Of a DNA stretch of 64,000 nt, positions 38,650-52,930 are shown piece after piece. Each line of letters begins with the position of its first letter. Positions within the stretch are counted from its first letter, which is position 1. The translations under genes were made by a program, and so were the position numbers. Location: assembly GCF_009914755.1 (NCBI RefSeq), contig NC_060947.1; one strand, given 5' to 3'. The notes beneath the pieces were generated by a model. That model was given only the letters and a program-made list of their open reading frames with translations, searched no databases and had not been told where the DNA came from. The stretch is from the human T2T-CHM13v2.0 reference genome, Homo sapiens.

Positions 38650-38823
38650 CACATCGGGGCCTGTCAGGGGGTGGGGGACTAAGGGAGGGATAGCATTAGG
38701 ATAAATATCTAATGTAGATAACAGGTTGATGGGTGCAGCAAACCACTACGGCATGCGTATATCTATGTAAAAAACCTGCACATTTAGCACATGTACCCCA
38801 GAACTTAAGTATAGAAAAAAAAA
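38650..38823 (+). mobile_element. L1PA 3' end (L1PA6/7-like)
   Basis: ggggcctgtcagggggtgggg...gatagcattagg...cagaacttaagtat plus A tail. Confidence 0.9.
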
Positions 38824-40189
38824 GCCTATATTTGTCACTTACTTACCTGCCTATAAGACCTTTACTTCATTAATTTTCTTGCCTGTTTTTTTGTTCGCTA
38901 TTCTTTAATCTTTATTATAGCCACGACTGAAAATTGACATATACCTAGGATTGATGCCTTTGTCAAGAACACATATTACATATGCAAAATCACTTATATT
39001 GATGTTATATTATGCTAAAATATTTGTTTCCTTCAATTAAGACTAAAGTAAGAGTCAGGAATGGCAGGGCACATTTCAAAATAAGCGTGATCTAACTTAG
39101 TACAATTTGAGAGACAAAAGTGATCTCAGAATTGATCCAGGCTAAATACCTACCTACCCAATGTCAGAATCCCCTCAACTGAAATCTAATTCCCTGTAAT
39201 TTCAGAACTTCAACCTATTTATCTATCCTCCCCCTGTTTTTTTTTTCTTCTTAGCAATGTGGAATAAATCTAAATCTACCACAAAATAAAAGTGATTTGA
39301 AGTATGGGAAAGACATATCATACTCTGTTCCCAAAATTTCTCTTCTCTAGGCAAAACTTCCTTCCATTAAGTTCCTTAGACAACATGTCATTTTTAGCAG
39401 CAGGTTGCTCATCTTCCTCTGAGCTCAATCCTTTCTTAAAATATGACACTCAAATGCTAAATTCCAGTATTCATCACACTAAGATTGTCTATGTAAGAGT
39501 AATTTACATACATGTTTGCATTATGGTCTTCATATTTTAAAAGTCCAATCTAATGAGATCAGATACAAAGCTTATGAGGAATGTTTCTAAAACGTGGCCT
39601 TTAGTAACAATCCATTAATTATTTTTGAGTGGAGTAATCCCAGTATTATCCAGCCCATGTAACTCAATCCTTTTCACTAAGTTAGTAAAATCAAGACTAA
39701 ATTTAAGTCTGGCAAACCTAACACAAAAGAAAACGCTGTAAGCTTGGCATGTAGTTACTTAAGTCAATGTATTTGGGTTCTAGTAATCACTCTTCTCTGT
39801 TTAATAAATTAATTTTAATATATGGCAATGGAAATCAATACTGAACATGAAATCTGCTTTTACTTCTTTTGAAAATTCATACAAACATTATCCACCACCA
39901 CACTGCTGATATTTCTCTGTGTTCCATGAACTCTCAAGCATATTACTTTTATACTGGAAGAAATTACATGTTACAGAAATATTTCAGCTGGGTTTGGAAT
40001 TTCAAATTAATTTAAGTGTATTAAAACCTGTCAAGATATACTCAGGGCTACAACTACATTTTGGACACAACTACATTTTGGTAACAAGACTGCAGATAAT
40101 ATCTTGAATGTGTAAATTTCATAATATAAGGCAAGCAGCACAGTGGAAATAGTGGAGTCTACTAATCTATGGGTAGAAGTGACAGCCAG

Positions 40190-40516
40190 AAAACCAAACA
40201 CCACATGTTCTCACTCATAAGTGGGAGTCGAACAATGAGAACACATGGGCACAGGGAGGGGAACATCACACGCTGGGGCCTGTCAGGTGTTGGGGGAGTA
40301 GAGGAGGGATAGCATTAGGAGAAATACCTAATGTAGATGACGGGTTGATGGGTGCAGCAAACCACCATGGCACATGTATACATATGTAACAAACCTGCAC
40401 ATTCTGCACATGTATCCCAGAACTTAAAGATAAAAAACAACTTAAAGATTAAAAAAATGAAAAAAATATGGCAAGTGACACTGGTGAAAATAAAAAATTT
40501 ATAAAGTTAAAAAAAA
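40190..40516 (+). mobile_element. L1PA7-like 3' end with extra non-L1 3' tail
   Basis: L1 3'UTR to ~40437; perfect 13-bp TSD aagtgacagccag at 40177-40189 and 40517-40529. Confidence 0.92.
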
Positions 40517-42599
40517 AAGTGACAGCCAGGAGGAATAATTATGGCTAGTAAGTTAACTTTATTGGATTGCCCAATTCAGTGCTCAGAAAGAAACCGCCAA
40601 TTGGAAATTAGAATTAGCTACAGTAGATTTGCAAACAGGTCAACTTACTGATATTCATGATATAATTCACTAAATATAGGTATCTTTTTCATTTCCCTTT
40701 ACAGCTCTCATTTCTTGCCAATAACTCCAGATATTGTCAAATAATCACAACTGTACCTTATTGCTGCCAGTGAAAGGAAACTTTCCAAAAACCTCTGTGA
40801 GGATGAAAGCTAATGTCCAGCCCCCAATTATTCAATTAGATTTTGAAAAAGGGAGCTGTCATTCCTCAATTTACTTCAGCAAATGCTTAGTGCATGCAAC
40901 GCATAAGGAATGTATACTCAATTGGAGGGATTCAATTAAGGAACTAATTTAAGAGTGAAAGCCACAATGTTTGTGGGATTTTTTTTAAATGATATAGGTA
41001 TATTCAAAACATCAAGAACCAGTTCAAACCAAAGTTATATAAATTGTAGAAGCTTCATAATCAAATATTTATGACTCTCTCTACGGTGCTTGAAATATTA
41101 AATTATTAAAAGCAAATATTGTAGCAAACAGGTTATCATCAATCTCAATAAAAGTTACGTTTTACTATCACTGTCACATTATTACTTTTTGCTTTTAGTC
41201 GTTTAAGATTGAAGAGAGGTAACAAACTGTGGTAACAAATCAAACTTTTTCAGTGTAATTTACTTTGTGAGTAATTTCTAATTGATTCAGACTGATGAGA
41301 CTGCACAGTCTGATGTACTGCTGAAGCAGGAGATACTTTGGACCAAGTAAATTTATAAGCTCCTCTTCTTGAGAGAAAAATGGCTGCTATATTTCATGTT
41401 GTCATTTTTTAGCTTTAACAATGTAGTTGTATACCTATGCGGATTCTTAAAAAAGAATACCAAATAATGTGTACACCTGTAACTGTCTCACCCACCTATC
41501 AATATTGGATTTGGCAGGCCCAACCTTCTACTTGCTCAAAATAAAGGATTTAAGCAAAATGCAGAATTAACCCAAAAAGACCAGTCTCATATATGAAAAG
41601 CAAAGCTGCATAGCAACATCACTCAGCCACCTGCAGTTCAAAGTTCATATCTTATTAACATCACTAAAATTAGAACAATGCAATGGCTTGGTTGTGTGTT
41701 TTGGTATGATTGTTTGTGATTCTGTTGAGATTGGCTCTGTGCTTTGCTTAAAAATCCTGAATGTTATTTTTCCAAAACATGATTCTAGATATAGATCCCA
41801 GTATTTTGAAAATGAGAGTTGGGGGGAAAAGATTGTGCTTGTCTGCTCAAAAGGTCAGAAGCACTTCACCTCAATTCAGTGACAAATAGCCTTATTTTAC
41901 AGAAGATGTAACACTGGAATATGAAAATAGCCATGTCTGACACACCTTTGGATTTTTACTCAAGATCCCCATCCAATGTGTATGTCCCTTGGCTGATAAA
42001 ACTGTTCTTTTTGATGTGAGGAAAAAATAATAAAAACAACCAACAAGTTTTCCTCTTTACTCATCTCATCCATTCTGGGATGGAATATCCCCAGAGGCTT
42101 GAGTCTGAAGGGCTTTTTTCAAATTTCACAACGTAATGGAGACCCCTCTATGGAACTCTTTTCCCTTTTCACCTAGGTATTATGCCATCTGGCTGAGGAG
42201 CTACTTGTCATCTCTGCTGTTCCCTGATAGGCCAGAAACAAAAGGTGTCCCTAGGTCTAGGTAAAAGTCAAATAAAATAAAAAAGAAAAACAACTTGAGG
42301 TGCAACTTTAGAGGCCTCAAGCATCTCAAAGGCTTTAACAAGTCTAGTTAAGTACCTGTGGGGCCATAGTGGGATTTCAATATCCTCACATGACCCAGGA
42401 CTTTATAATTCCAAACATTGTCTTGTCATTAACTGTGGAACTCTTGCTAATTGAGTCTGAGTGTCTAGGAGACAGTAAGGGAGATGATGAAAACAATTAT
42501 TTGTAATTTAGCAGAGTAAACTATGTAATTTTTCTTAAGCTAAACATTTTAGGCATTCCTCATTATAAACAAGTCAAAATTCCTTTCCATGTTTCCCAT

Positions 42600-43200
42600 T
42601 CTTGTCCATTTCCAGACTGGCCTTCTGATTTTTAATTTCCAAAATGACCTCCATTTTGAAATTTAAAATTCAGGGATCATCTTTGAGGCATTTCTCTTTT
42701 TCATCTCACTATCAAACTTGTCATTAAATAATTACATTTCTCTCTCTTCATTCCCAGTATGCTAGTCCAGAATATCCCCAAATCCATATCTGAATTATTG
42801 CCACTGCCACTTCACTCTTTTTCTAGAATCAAGGCTCTCCTGCCTGCAGTCCATTTTACTTAGTGCTGTCAGGATGAATTCCTTAATATACCTACAAGCC
42901 TGAATATGCCCCACATTGACTTCTACATCAAGACCAGATAGTTTGGCCTTATTATCAATACTCTCAACAATGAGGCTCCAACTTATCTGTCCAACCTTAC
43001 CACTCTCTTTTCTGCTCAGCTCTGTCTTTCCTTTGTATTCATCATGCTTATTCCTGTACTTATTTTATGCTGCGACCCTCCACTAAAATGTAATGAGTCT
43101 TAATCCTCACTTTCTTAAGGTTGATGATCCTTCAAGGTCCAAGTTAAGTTTCACTTTCACGAAACCTTCTATTTCAATTATCATTTATCTGTCCACACAT
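42600..43200 (+). mobile_element. L2 fragment
   Basis: atcatctttga...ctagtccagaatatc...gcagtccatt...atccttcaaggtccaag...gaaaccttct. Confidence 0.55.
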
Positions 43201-43257
43201 AAACGTAGTATAATTGCGAGTGCTTAATATTTCCTTATTGAAATATTCAAATAGATG

Positions 43258-45295
43258 CTTCTCCCACAGATCTTTGCAACCCTCGGGTCAGGAGATACCC
43301 TGGTGAACCCACTCCACCAAGGCCTTGTATCTGACACACAGTGCTATGCGAAATTTCAGCAGAGCAGACACTCAGGCAGGCACAGAGACCCAGGAACTTT
43401 ACATACTCCAGCTCTGGGATCCCTGGAAATGGTGACTGGAACTCAGGCAAAGCAGGAGGTTAGACCTCCGTACATATGCCTAGGAAGGGGGCTGAAGACA
43501 GGGAGCTGAGTAGCATTAGTCTGCGAGCCTCATTTGCAGGGCACCTCACAGGATAAGACCCATTGGCTTGGAATTCCAGCCAGCCACCAGCAGCACTGTT
43601 GCACTTACTTGGGATGGGACTGAGTTCCCCAGGGAAGGGGCAGGCTGCCATCTTTGCTGTTTGGAAGACTCAGCCATGCCAGCATGCAGGCTTAGGGGAG
43701 TCCAAAGTGTTGGGGGGTAATGCTATTCCCATTAAACTACCAATAATATTCTTCAGAAAACTAGGGAAAAAAAACTATTTTAAAATTCAAACAGAACCAA
43801 AAAAAGCCTAAATAGCCAAGGCAATCCTAAGCAAAAAGAACAAGATTGGAGGAATCACGCTACCTGACTTCAAACTGTACTAGAAGGCTACAGTAACCAA
43901 AACAGCATGGTACTGGTACAAGAACAGACACATAGACCAATGGAACAGAGTAGAGAACCAAGAAATAAGACCACAAACCTAGAACTATCTGATCTTCAAC
44001 AAACCTGACAAAAGCAATAGGGAAAGCATTCCCTATTCACTAAATGGTGCTGGGAGAACTGGCTAGTCATAAGCAGAAGATTGAAAGTGGACCCCTTCCT
44101 TACACAATATACAAAAATTAACTCAAGATGGGTTAAAGACTTAAATATAAACCCAAAACTATAACAACTCTAGAAGACAACCTAGGCAATATCATTCAGG
44201 ACATAGGCATGGGCAAAGATTTCATAATGAAGACAACAAAAGCAATTGCAACAAAAGTCAAAATTGACAAATGGGATCTTATTAAACTAAAGAGCTTCTG
44301 GACAGCAAAAGAAATTATCAACAGAGTAAAAAGGCAACCTATAGGATGGGAGAAAATTTTTGCAAACTATGAATCTGACAAACGTCTAATATACAGCATG
44401 TCTAAGGAAATTAAACAAATTCACAAGAAAAAAAACAACCCCATTAAAAGGTGGGCAAAGGACATGAACAGACACATTTCAAAAGAAGGCATACATGCAG
44501 CCAACAATCATATGAAGTAAAGCGTAACATCACTGATCATTATAGCAATGCAAATCAAAACCACAATGAGATACCATCTCACACCAGTTAGAATAGCTAT
44601 TATTTCAAAGTAAAATCATAAGAGATGCTGGCGAGGATGTGCAGAAAAAGAAATGCTTATACCCTGTTGGTGGTAGTGGAAATTAGTTCAACCATTGTGG
44701 AAGAGAGTGTGTTAATTTTTTAAAGACCTAAAGAAAGAAATAATATCCAACCAAGCAATCCCATTACTGGGTATATACCCAAAGGAATATAAATCACTAT
44801 TATTAAGATACATGCCCATGTATGTTCATTCCAGCACTATTCCCAATAGCAAAGACATGGACTCAACCTAAATGGCCATTAATGATAGACTGGGTAAAGA
44901 AAATTTGGTACATCTACACCATGGAATACTATGAAGCCACAAAAATGAGTGAGATCATGTCTTTTTCAGCAACGTGAAAGGAGCTGAAGGACATTATCCT
45001 TAGCAAACTAATGTGGGAACAGAAAACCAACTACCATGTGTTCTCATTTATAAGAGGGAGGTAAATGATGAGAACACATGGACACATACAGGGGGAACAA
45101 CACAGACTTGGGCCTATCAAAGGGTGGAGAGTGGGAGGAGGGAGAGTATCAGGAAAAATAACTAATGGATACTAGGCTTAATACCTCAGTGACGAAATAA
45201 TCTGTACGACAAACCCCTATGACACATGTTTACTTTGGTAGCAAAACTGCACATCCTGAACATGTACCCCTGAACTTAAAATGCAAGTTTAAAAA
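43258..45295 (+). mobile_element. L1 (approx. L1PA11-13) with a 5'UTR segment joined directly to late ORF2 and 3'UTR
   Basis: GC-rich L1 5'UTR-like 43258-43718, abrupt switch to NAIPIKLP at 43719; polyA at ~45291; weak TSD aaatattcaaatagatg / aaagattccagtaaatg. Confidence 0.85.
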
Positions 45296-45399
45296 AAAGA
45301 TTCCAGTAAATGATTTCAATAACTTTAAATTTGCTGTAATATTATTTATTATACATGAAACATATATTAATATATATTCATAGTTGTAATATGTTTAGG

Positions 45400-45715
45400 C
45401 ATATTTTCAAAAGAAAGGAAAGTCACAGAGAAACACATACACACACACACATATATATGTATGCATTTATGTATAGGAATATATATCTTTATACAAAAGC
45501 ATAGAAAAACAACAAGAAGTATACTTGCTTCAAATCATAAATGGTGGTCACCTGGTCACCTCCAGCAATGGGACAATGGGAGCAAGATTGACAAAAGTGT
45601 TAGTAAAGGAGATCTTTCAGGTTCTACTCTAAATACACCAATGCTGCTAGAAATTTTCCAAGAAATATATTCAAGTTTTACTTGTGTGATTTTTAAAAAA
45701 AAAATTATTTAATTA
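45400..45715 (+). mobile_element. Ancient L1ME-like 3' end
   Basis: agaagtatact...atggtggtcacct...atatattcaagttttacttgtgtgattttt plus A-rich end. Confidence 0.45.
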
Positions 45716-46168
45716 AAGGGGAAAAATAAAGTTATCAGCAGGCCATCCTGAGGCCTCAATATATGTAAAGCACCCTTCCTCCTATGTGTACAAGGATATA
45801 TTCCCCTTTTATTCATAGCCTGCTGCATCCTTAAACAGTATTTTAAAATAATCTTTTGCTTTTGTTGTTTTGTTATCTCCCCTTCCCTTCATCCCATACC
45901 AACTTGTTCACTACACAAAGTCAGTAGAACCCACAAAGTCCTGGAAACATAGTTCAAACACCTAAAAGAGCTCTGGTTTTCTTGATGTAGTTAACTCAGG
46001 CAGTGAATTAATAAAAATTGAGCAATTTTCAATAGAATTAATTTAATTAAGCCGGAAATTTCTCTCCCGTAAACCTAAAATTACTGTCAAACATAAAAGT
46101 ATTAAAAAAATTCTCTTTTTTTCATCAGATCCATATTGTTATTTGTTTTAAATATCATTTTAGAGCTA

Positions 46169-46891
46169 TAGTCGTGTGCCACATAATGATGGTTTAGCCA
46201 ACAATGGACCACGTATATGACAATGGTCCCATAAGATTATAATGAAGCTGAAAAGTTTCTATTGCCCTAGTGACATTTTGATGATCCTGACCCTCTGTAA
46301 GCCTAGGCTAATGTGTATGTTTGTGACTTCATTTTTAATTTAAGAAGTTTAAAAAAAAAAAAAAATAGAAAAAATAGAAAAAAGCTTGTAGAATAAGAAT
46401 ATCAAGAAAAAATATTTTGTACAGCTGAGCAATATGTTTGTGCTTTAAGCTAAGTGTTATTATTAGAGTCAAAAGTTTATCAAGTAATAAAGTTACAGAA
46501 AACTAAAGTTAATTTATTATTGAAGAAAGAAAAAGATTTATATATATTTGGGACAGCCTAATTATACAGTCCATAGTAGTGTACAATAATGTCCTAGGTC
46601 TTTACATTCACGTATCACTTACTCTCTGACTCACCCAGGGCAACTTGCCGTCCTGCAAGCTCCATCTGTGGTAAGTGTCCTATACAGGTGTACTGTCCTT
46701 TATCTTTTATACTGTATTTTTACTGCACCTTTTCTAGGTTAAGATACGCAAATACTGACCATTGTGTTACAATTGCCTACATAAACCATCTAGTTTTATG
46801 TAAGTACACTCTATAATGTTTGCACCATGATGAAATTACCTAAGGATGCATCTGTCAGAACAGATTCCTGTCATTAAGAGATGCATAACTG
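46169..46891. mobile_element. Tigger3/GOLEM (MER7) TcMar DNA transposon derivative
   Basis: Terminal inverted repeats tagtcgtgtgccacataatga / tcattaagagatgcataactg flanked by TA; ggtcccataagattataatg. Confidence 0.85.
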
Positions 46892-47589
46892 TATTGGCTT
46901 TCCACTAAATATATGACTTTTAATATTTTTTTCTTTGCTTTTAGTCATGGGGCCAAATTCTATTTTCTTAATTCTTCTTCGTCTTTTGTATAAGATACAT
47001 TGTTCCTAATAAAAAATGCAATTTCATTTAGAGACATTTTGCTTTACATTTAATATTTTAGAAATGCAAGATATATCAAAGGATAACTAGAAGAAAGAAA
47101 TGCGCTGTCCAAAATAAATGTGCTATCTTTTCCAAGGGCATGCAAATACATTTTCCCTCAAAGATTAGGAGGTGGGTAATGCTAGTACCTGAAATTCCAA
47201 TTTTTCTCCTTTAAATATAATCAGTCCCCACCTTATGAAGGGGTTGTATTTCAAAACATTGTGCTTGTTGAGTTTTAGGAATAAATTCTCACTAGAAACA
47301 ATGTTTATCCATGGTGAACATATGAAATTTTCAGGCAATCTTAAAATAAAAACTTATTCATTTCTTTTTGTACCTGAAGTTATATAAAGTTAAATACAAA
47401 TGGTTCTTTCAAATCTAACCACCACATATGTCAATGTTTCTGTAGAAGTTAACTTTTTTAGAATTTTAACCTAGTTTGTTAGGAACGTATCTACTTCCAC
47501 TGCAGGGAGAACAGATATTCACCTAACTGCATGCCACCAATAATGGCCATAATGATCTGAAAGAGATTCTAGGACACATTAAGGTTGCT

Positions 47590-48930
47590 TATTCAGCCAT
47601 TCAAATAAAACATCACCACTGCTATATCCTTGGACCTGAAAATATAACTGTGATTAGAAAAGATATATTTCTTGCTCTCAGTAGGAATACTTAGCACAGA
47701 GACTTAAAGCATGTTAATATATGAGCCACACAGCTATTGGAGGTAGACTATTTGGGGCAGGTGAAACAGCAAGTGCAAAGGCCCTAAAGAGACAAAGTGC
47801 CTGGAATACCTAAAAAACAACATGTAAGTCAGCATTTTAGTCAGTGTTTCTGAAGTGGCAGTGAAAAGGGGAGCATTTATTAGAATATGAAATAAGAGAA
47901 AAAGAAGACATAGAGCCTTATTGGCCATTTTTAGGGCATTGAGTTTCACTCTGAATACTAATTGGAAGAACAGAGCAGTGACATAATCTGTATTAGGTTT
48001 TAACCTTATCATTGCGGGTGCTGCATTGAAGATTTTCTGAAGTGGGCAAAGGGTGAACTCAGGGAAATGAGTTCAAAGGTTGTTGCAATAGCCCCAGGAA
48101 GAGAAGATGGTGATTGGAGCCATGAAGTAACAATGAAGCAGAGGAAAAGTAGTCAGTGTCTGGATATATTTGAAAGCAGAGCCAAAAGTTTTTTGATGAT
48201 AAGTCTAAGATAAAGAGAGAAATCAAGGATGATCCCAAGGTTTCTGAGAAAATGGAAGAAATTGGCTTGTCATTAGTTGATATAAGGAAGAAAGAGAGGA
48301 AAGTAGGTTTGAAGGAAATGAAAAAAAACTATCCTAAATTCAATTTTGGATATGCTAATTTTGAGCTATCAAAATCCCCAAAAGGAGATGCTGAATAGGT
48401 AATTAAATAATATGAATCTGGAATTTAAGGGAGAGGTCAGGATAGGTGATATGAATTTGGGAATCATTGGTACAAGAAAATTATTTAAAGCCATGAGACT
48501 AGATGTTCATACATCTTAACCTAATATGTAGAGTACAATTGCTATAGCAGAAAGACTGGGTGATATTGGAATGTAAACAAGGTGTATCTACCTTATAATG
48601 ATAGCCAGGTTTAATAGAACAGTTGGGAATACCTTTGGAGAAAAGTTGACATTTACACTGAGAACAAAAGGAACCATCAGAATCAGCTAGATCAAAAGGT
48701 TATGGAGTGATTCGGGAATGCGCAATGTCCTGAAGGCAATGCTGATCATGGTGCAGTGGGAGGAAGTAAAAAATGTTCAAACTGGCAGCATCATAGACTG
48801 CAAGAAGTGGGGTTCTCAAGAGGCAAGAAAATAAGAGTTGTGCAAAATGAGCCTTGAGAAGAAGACAGAGGACAGTTCATCTCACATTTTGTAAGCCATA
48901 TTATTAAGATTTAATTTTAGAACAGTTTTA
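47590..48930 (-). mobile_element. L2 fragments
   Basis: aacagcaagtgcaaaggcccta, aatcaaggatgatcccaaggtttct, atttaaagccatgagactagatg. Confidence 0.75.
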
Positions 48931-49529
48931 AAAGGTTGGTAATAACATATTATGTAGGCTAAACCTTCTGACAATGATGCAGAATACACTCTCTCCCCAT
49001 AAAAGATGCAACTCTATATATCTAAAAATACATTTCTCAGAACCTAGTAATGAGTTTGCTCTCTGCTTCATTTCTGCCAATCTCAAAGAATAGTTTCTTA
49101 CTTCCCTTTCTACTGCCAATACCTACTGCTTCAAAGACTCCCTTTTTGACCTCTATCCCAAGTTGTATGAAGTGGGAAGACAGCAACTGTGGAAGCTTTT
49201 TCTCATATCTCCTTATCTTTATCAGCATCATCATCACCAGGATAAAGAGGTGCTTTTCCAAGTTGGCACTTGGGCAACACAGGAAATTTTTAAAAGGGTA
49301 GGATGAGGGAGAAGCACCAGGGAGCTGCCATCTAGGTGGCGTAAGATGCACAGCATCATTTCAAAACAAATCAAAAGTCAGCTTACAATGCAAAGCTATC
49401 GCCTGCCAGGTTTGCCAAGAAATGCTTTTGAGGACAGAAGAAAACAAGAAATTCATATATTTAATCATTATTCATATTTAATATAAAGCAAAGATGATGC
49501 AAAACTTGAAGGTGACTCCATGGCCCTCA

Positions 49530-49720
49530 AGGGATCACAGAATGTTAAAGACAGAAGAGATATGGAGATGCTATCGTCCAATCTCCTAATCTCTTCATTT
49601 CCAAGATAGGCAAACTGAGGCCCCCCCAGAAATGTTGACTTGTAAAATCTGGTGGTAGTCCTTCATAGTATATGTTCACTGGCTTTGAATTGCTTTTCCC
49701 TTTTAGGATTATTTTTGAGG
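49530..49720 (-). mobile_element. MIR/MIR3 fragment
   Basis: atcacagaatgtt...catttccaagataggcaaactgaggccc. Confidence 0.55.
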
Positions 49721-50359
49721 AGACAGGGACCAAGGGTCCAAATGATCCCAGTGGCTAGTGCTTAGCAATAAATGTTTCAGAATCTATACTAAATACAGTG
49801 GCTTGGATGTTAACTGATTAAAATTAAAAAAGACAGAACTCCTCTCTGTGGGTTCTTAGACAGCCCCATTGCAATTTGAAGAAAATATGTTTAGTGGTTT
49901 GAGGTTTCAATGTTGTATTGTCTCGGTACTGTTCTTGTTATGTCTTTATTTTGACTCTGTTGGTACTAGACTTCAGAAATATTGCTGATATGCTGCCTAA
50001 TCCATCAAAAGTCACAACAAAAGCTCTTAGGGTGAAAGACGTTGTCTTTAATAATGTAAGTTCTCATTATTGAGATTTAAGTGCCCCATGCACAGTGGTT
50101 TTGAATTTACAGTGTGACACTAGATGGTCCTATCAGCTAGTTCATGTTATGCCAGAAACTCAATATTCTCTCTTTCCTTTCTCTGACATGTAGGTGAGAG
50201 GATTAAGGATATTTAAAACAGAGGAGACACCAGAATGCATCCAGTACTACTGGTAGAGGGTGGAAGGACAGATTTAGAGGTTTTCTAAAGTAGTATTTTT
50301 GCACTGAAGTAGCTCTTAATGCAAGTATTCAATGAGGAATTTTATCTCCAGCATGTGAG

Positions 50360-50409
50360 AGTGTGTGTGTGTGTGTGTGTGTGTGTTTGTATGTGTGTGT
50401 GTGTGTGTG
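50360..50409. repeat. (GT)n compound microsatellite
   Basis: Interrupted GT run. Confidence 0.95.
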
Positions 50410-52514
50410 ATTATGCATTGTATGTTGTGTTTGTAGATAAATAGCAGCATTAATACCTGGGTGATATATAAGGCTAGGGAGTTCTATATACTCATCTGCC
50501 CTTTGTGTCCCATCTCCCTAAAGCACAAGCCGTCAAAAGAATTTCTCTAAAATAATTAGATTGTAGTTAACAACCTAACATCTGGTAGAATTCAGCAGCA
50601 CAGGCTGGAGGTGTATCTAAAGCAGGAAATATTCAAATACCTATAAAAGGGAGTAAATTATGTTGAAAATAATTATGATGATGAGACATACAGATATTTC
50701 AAGATTACTAGGCTGTTGATTCCTTTTTCAAAAGCCTTATGGAGGAAAATAACAGTGGCCTCTATTCTCCTACTCTTACTTCCACACAATTATTACATGG
50801 AAATGATATGGAGCTTTAAACAATGCCTTTCTCCAGAACTCCTGTTGAAAGCATGTCATTGTTTCTTACAGTGGGGATAATATTTTCTATTTGTACGTGG
50901 AGAAAAGAGCTAATAAAATGTTGCATGTATATTAAATGGATACCTGACTCAGGAACACATTAACTTAATGATTTATAGCCATCATGAGTTCATCTTAAAT
51001 GGCCCCTGGTAAAGGAAAACAACGAATATACTTCAAGAAAACTACTGAATTTAATATGTATCCCTTTTAGCTGACAGTGAAATTCTAGCTTGTGTTCCTC
51101 TAAAGAGTAAAATATTTCAGCTACAAAAATTACCTCCACAAACTCTCATGTCTTAGCAAAAGCTGCTATTTTATTTGCACATTTTTCATAAGATGACCAA
51201 TTAAAGTTAAAATTAAAGGAGCTGATTTGTACACATAAATATCCTACATAGAGTTTCTCTCTTATTTACAAGACTTGTCATTTAAAAACAAATATTGAAC
51301 AGAATCTCCATGCACTCAGTACAACTCATAATAAGTAGTGAAAATATGAGATTGATAAATAAATTAGAAACTAAATAATATAATCAATTTATGTACAATT
51401 CTGTTGTTAAAGTAGTGTGCATTTGTCAAAAACATTTGGAAGCATTTCCCAAAGAAGTCTTAAAAAATGACTAAGGGTTTAGGACAAGGTGTCCCTTGCA
51501 GATCATTCTTACCTAACCCAAGTTCCAGCCTACATTTGGGTGTAGAGTTATGATCAGCCTCCTTCTATCAGATTTTGTGTCCTAGTGAGATCTCTATACA
51601 TCACTGGAAATGAAGAGCTGCATTTGATCCTCATCTAACAGCGTTCTTTAAAAAATAAAATAAAAACTGAAACTTTGTCAATCAGAGCTGCTCACACCAT
51701 TTACAAAGAGAAGCTTAAATAGAAAATAGCAGCAACAACAGGTGGCATGGATTCCAGAATGGGCTAGCAACCAAGAGGAGAAGCAACACTGATTCATGAG
51801 CATAGCTACAGGGCCTGGTACAGAGCCAGCTCCAAATCCCTCTGCTTTTAGAACAGCTTTTAATTTTTTATCATCTTATGAAATGAGAGCGAATTAGATG
51901 CTGATGGCTGGCAGCACTGTTGGCCTACTTTTGCCACAGGGATGTTTATTCAGGTGTATCAGCAGTACCCATAGCCACATACTTTAAATCTAATCTGGAG
52001 AAATAACCTTTGGGATCCTTCATCCTGACAAAGTTTAATATGAGACCAGAGATGATAGGTCTTTCTGCCTTCATGCTCACTCATGAATGAGACTGGAGTA
52101 CATCAACTTGATTTCATTGAGATCATAATGATACAGCTTTTCCAAAGGAGTCCTTTTTCACTTTCTCTTAACCTGAGGGTACTACGTTTTGCAAACAGCG
52201 TACAAATGATTCATTAAAAGAGAATTTGAGAATCCCAAAAACGAAAATTATATTTCAGATCTGTATGGCAGTTGCCTCAATGAGGAGAGTGGATATGGAT
52301 ATCCTTGTTTATGTCCTTGAAAAAAAGACACTGAAAGCGAAGTATCACGTCCAAGGCTCTACTCACAAATTACTACAGAATTATTTTTAAGTTGTTGGTC
52401 AATGACTCTAAAATTCAAAAAGGAAAAAAGAAATAGAAGACTTGAAACTAGAAGTACCAAATAAAAAGAACAAATGGAAGAGGAAAAAGACACAAATTTA
52501 ATCAGGAAAATAGG

Positions 52515-52710
52515 ATGGAATTGTTGCTGTGTGACCTTGAGCAAGTTTTGTAACCCCTCTGTGCTTCACTTTCTTTATGCCTCATCTATAAAATAGGGAT
52601 AAAGACAGTACTTACTTTAGATTTGATCTGAAGATTATTTTCACTTATAAAACATATAGAGCACTACTGTTCCTGCCTCATGCTAAAAACTCAATAAATG
52701 TTTGGCTGTG
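52515..52710 (+). mobile_element. MIR
   Basis: gctgtgtgaccttgagcaagtt...ctctgtgcttcactttc...atctataaaatagggataa...ctcaataaatgtt. Confidence 0.75.
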
Positions 52711-52719
52711 ATAATAATT

Positions 52720-52930
52720 ATTAATTAATTAAATGGTAATTATATGTCAGGCTCTGTGCTTGTTGCAAAGTAGTTTATAATATAATATTTGTATAATACC
52801 CGCAACACTTCTTATGATTTTTTACAGGTGAAGAAACTTAAGCAACTCTCCCAGGGCACAGGTAACAAACAGCAGAGCCAAGATTATCACCTAGGACCAC
52901 CTGTTTCTTAAGATTATGCCCTCTAGATCA
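52720..52930 (-). mobile_element. MIR, opposite orientation to the preceding one
   Basis: tatgtcaggctctgtgct...ttttacaggtgaagaaactta...gcagagccaagatt. Confidence 0.6.

Noticed and set aside
38841-38945. Strong minus-strand donor caggtaagtaagt
   Set aside because: Weak matching acceptor; isolated donors are common by chance
47220-47510. Possible ancient Tigger-like element
   Set aside because: Terminal inverted repeats could not be verified by eye
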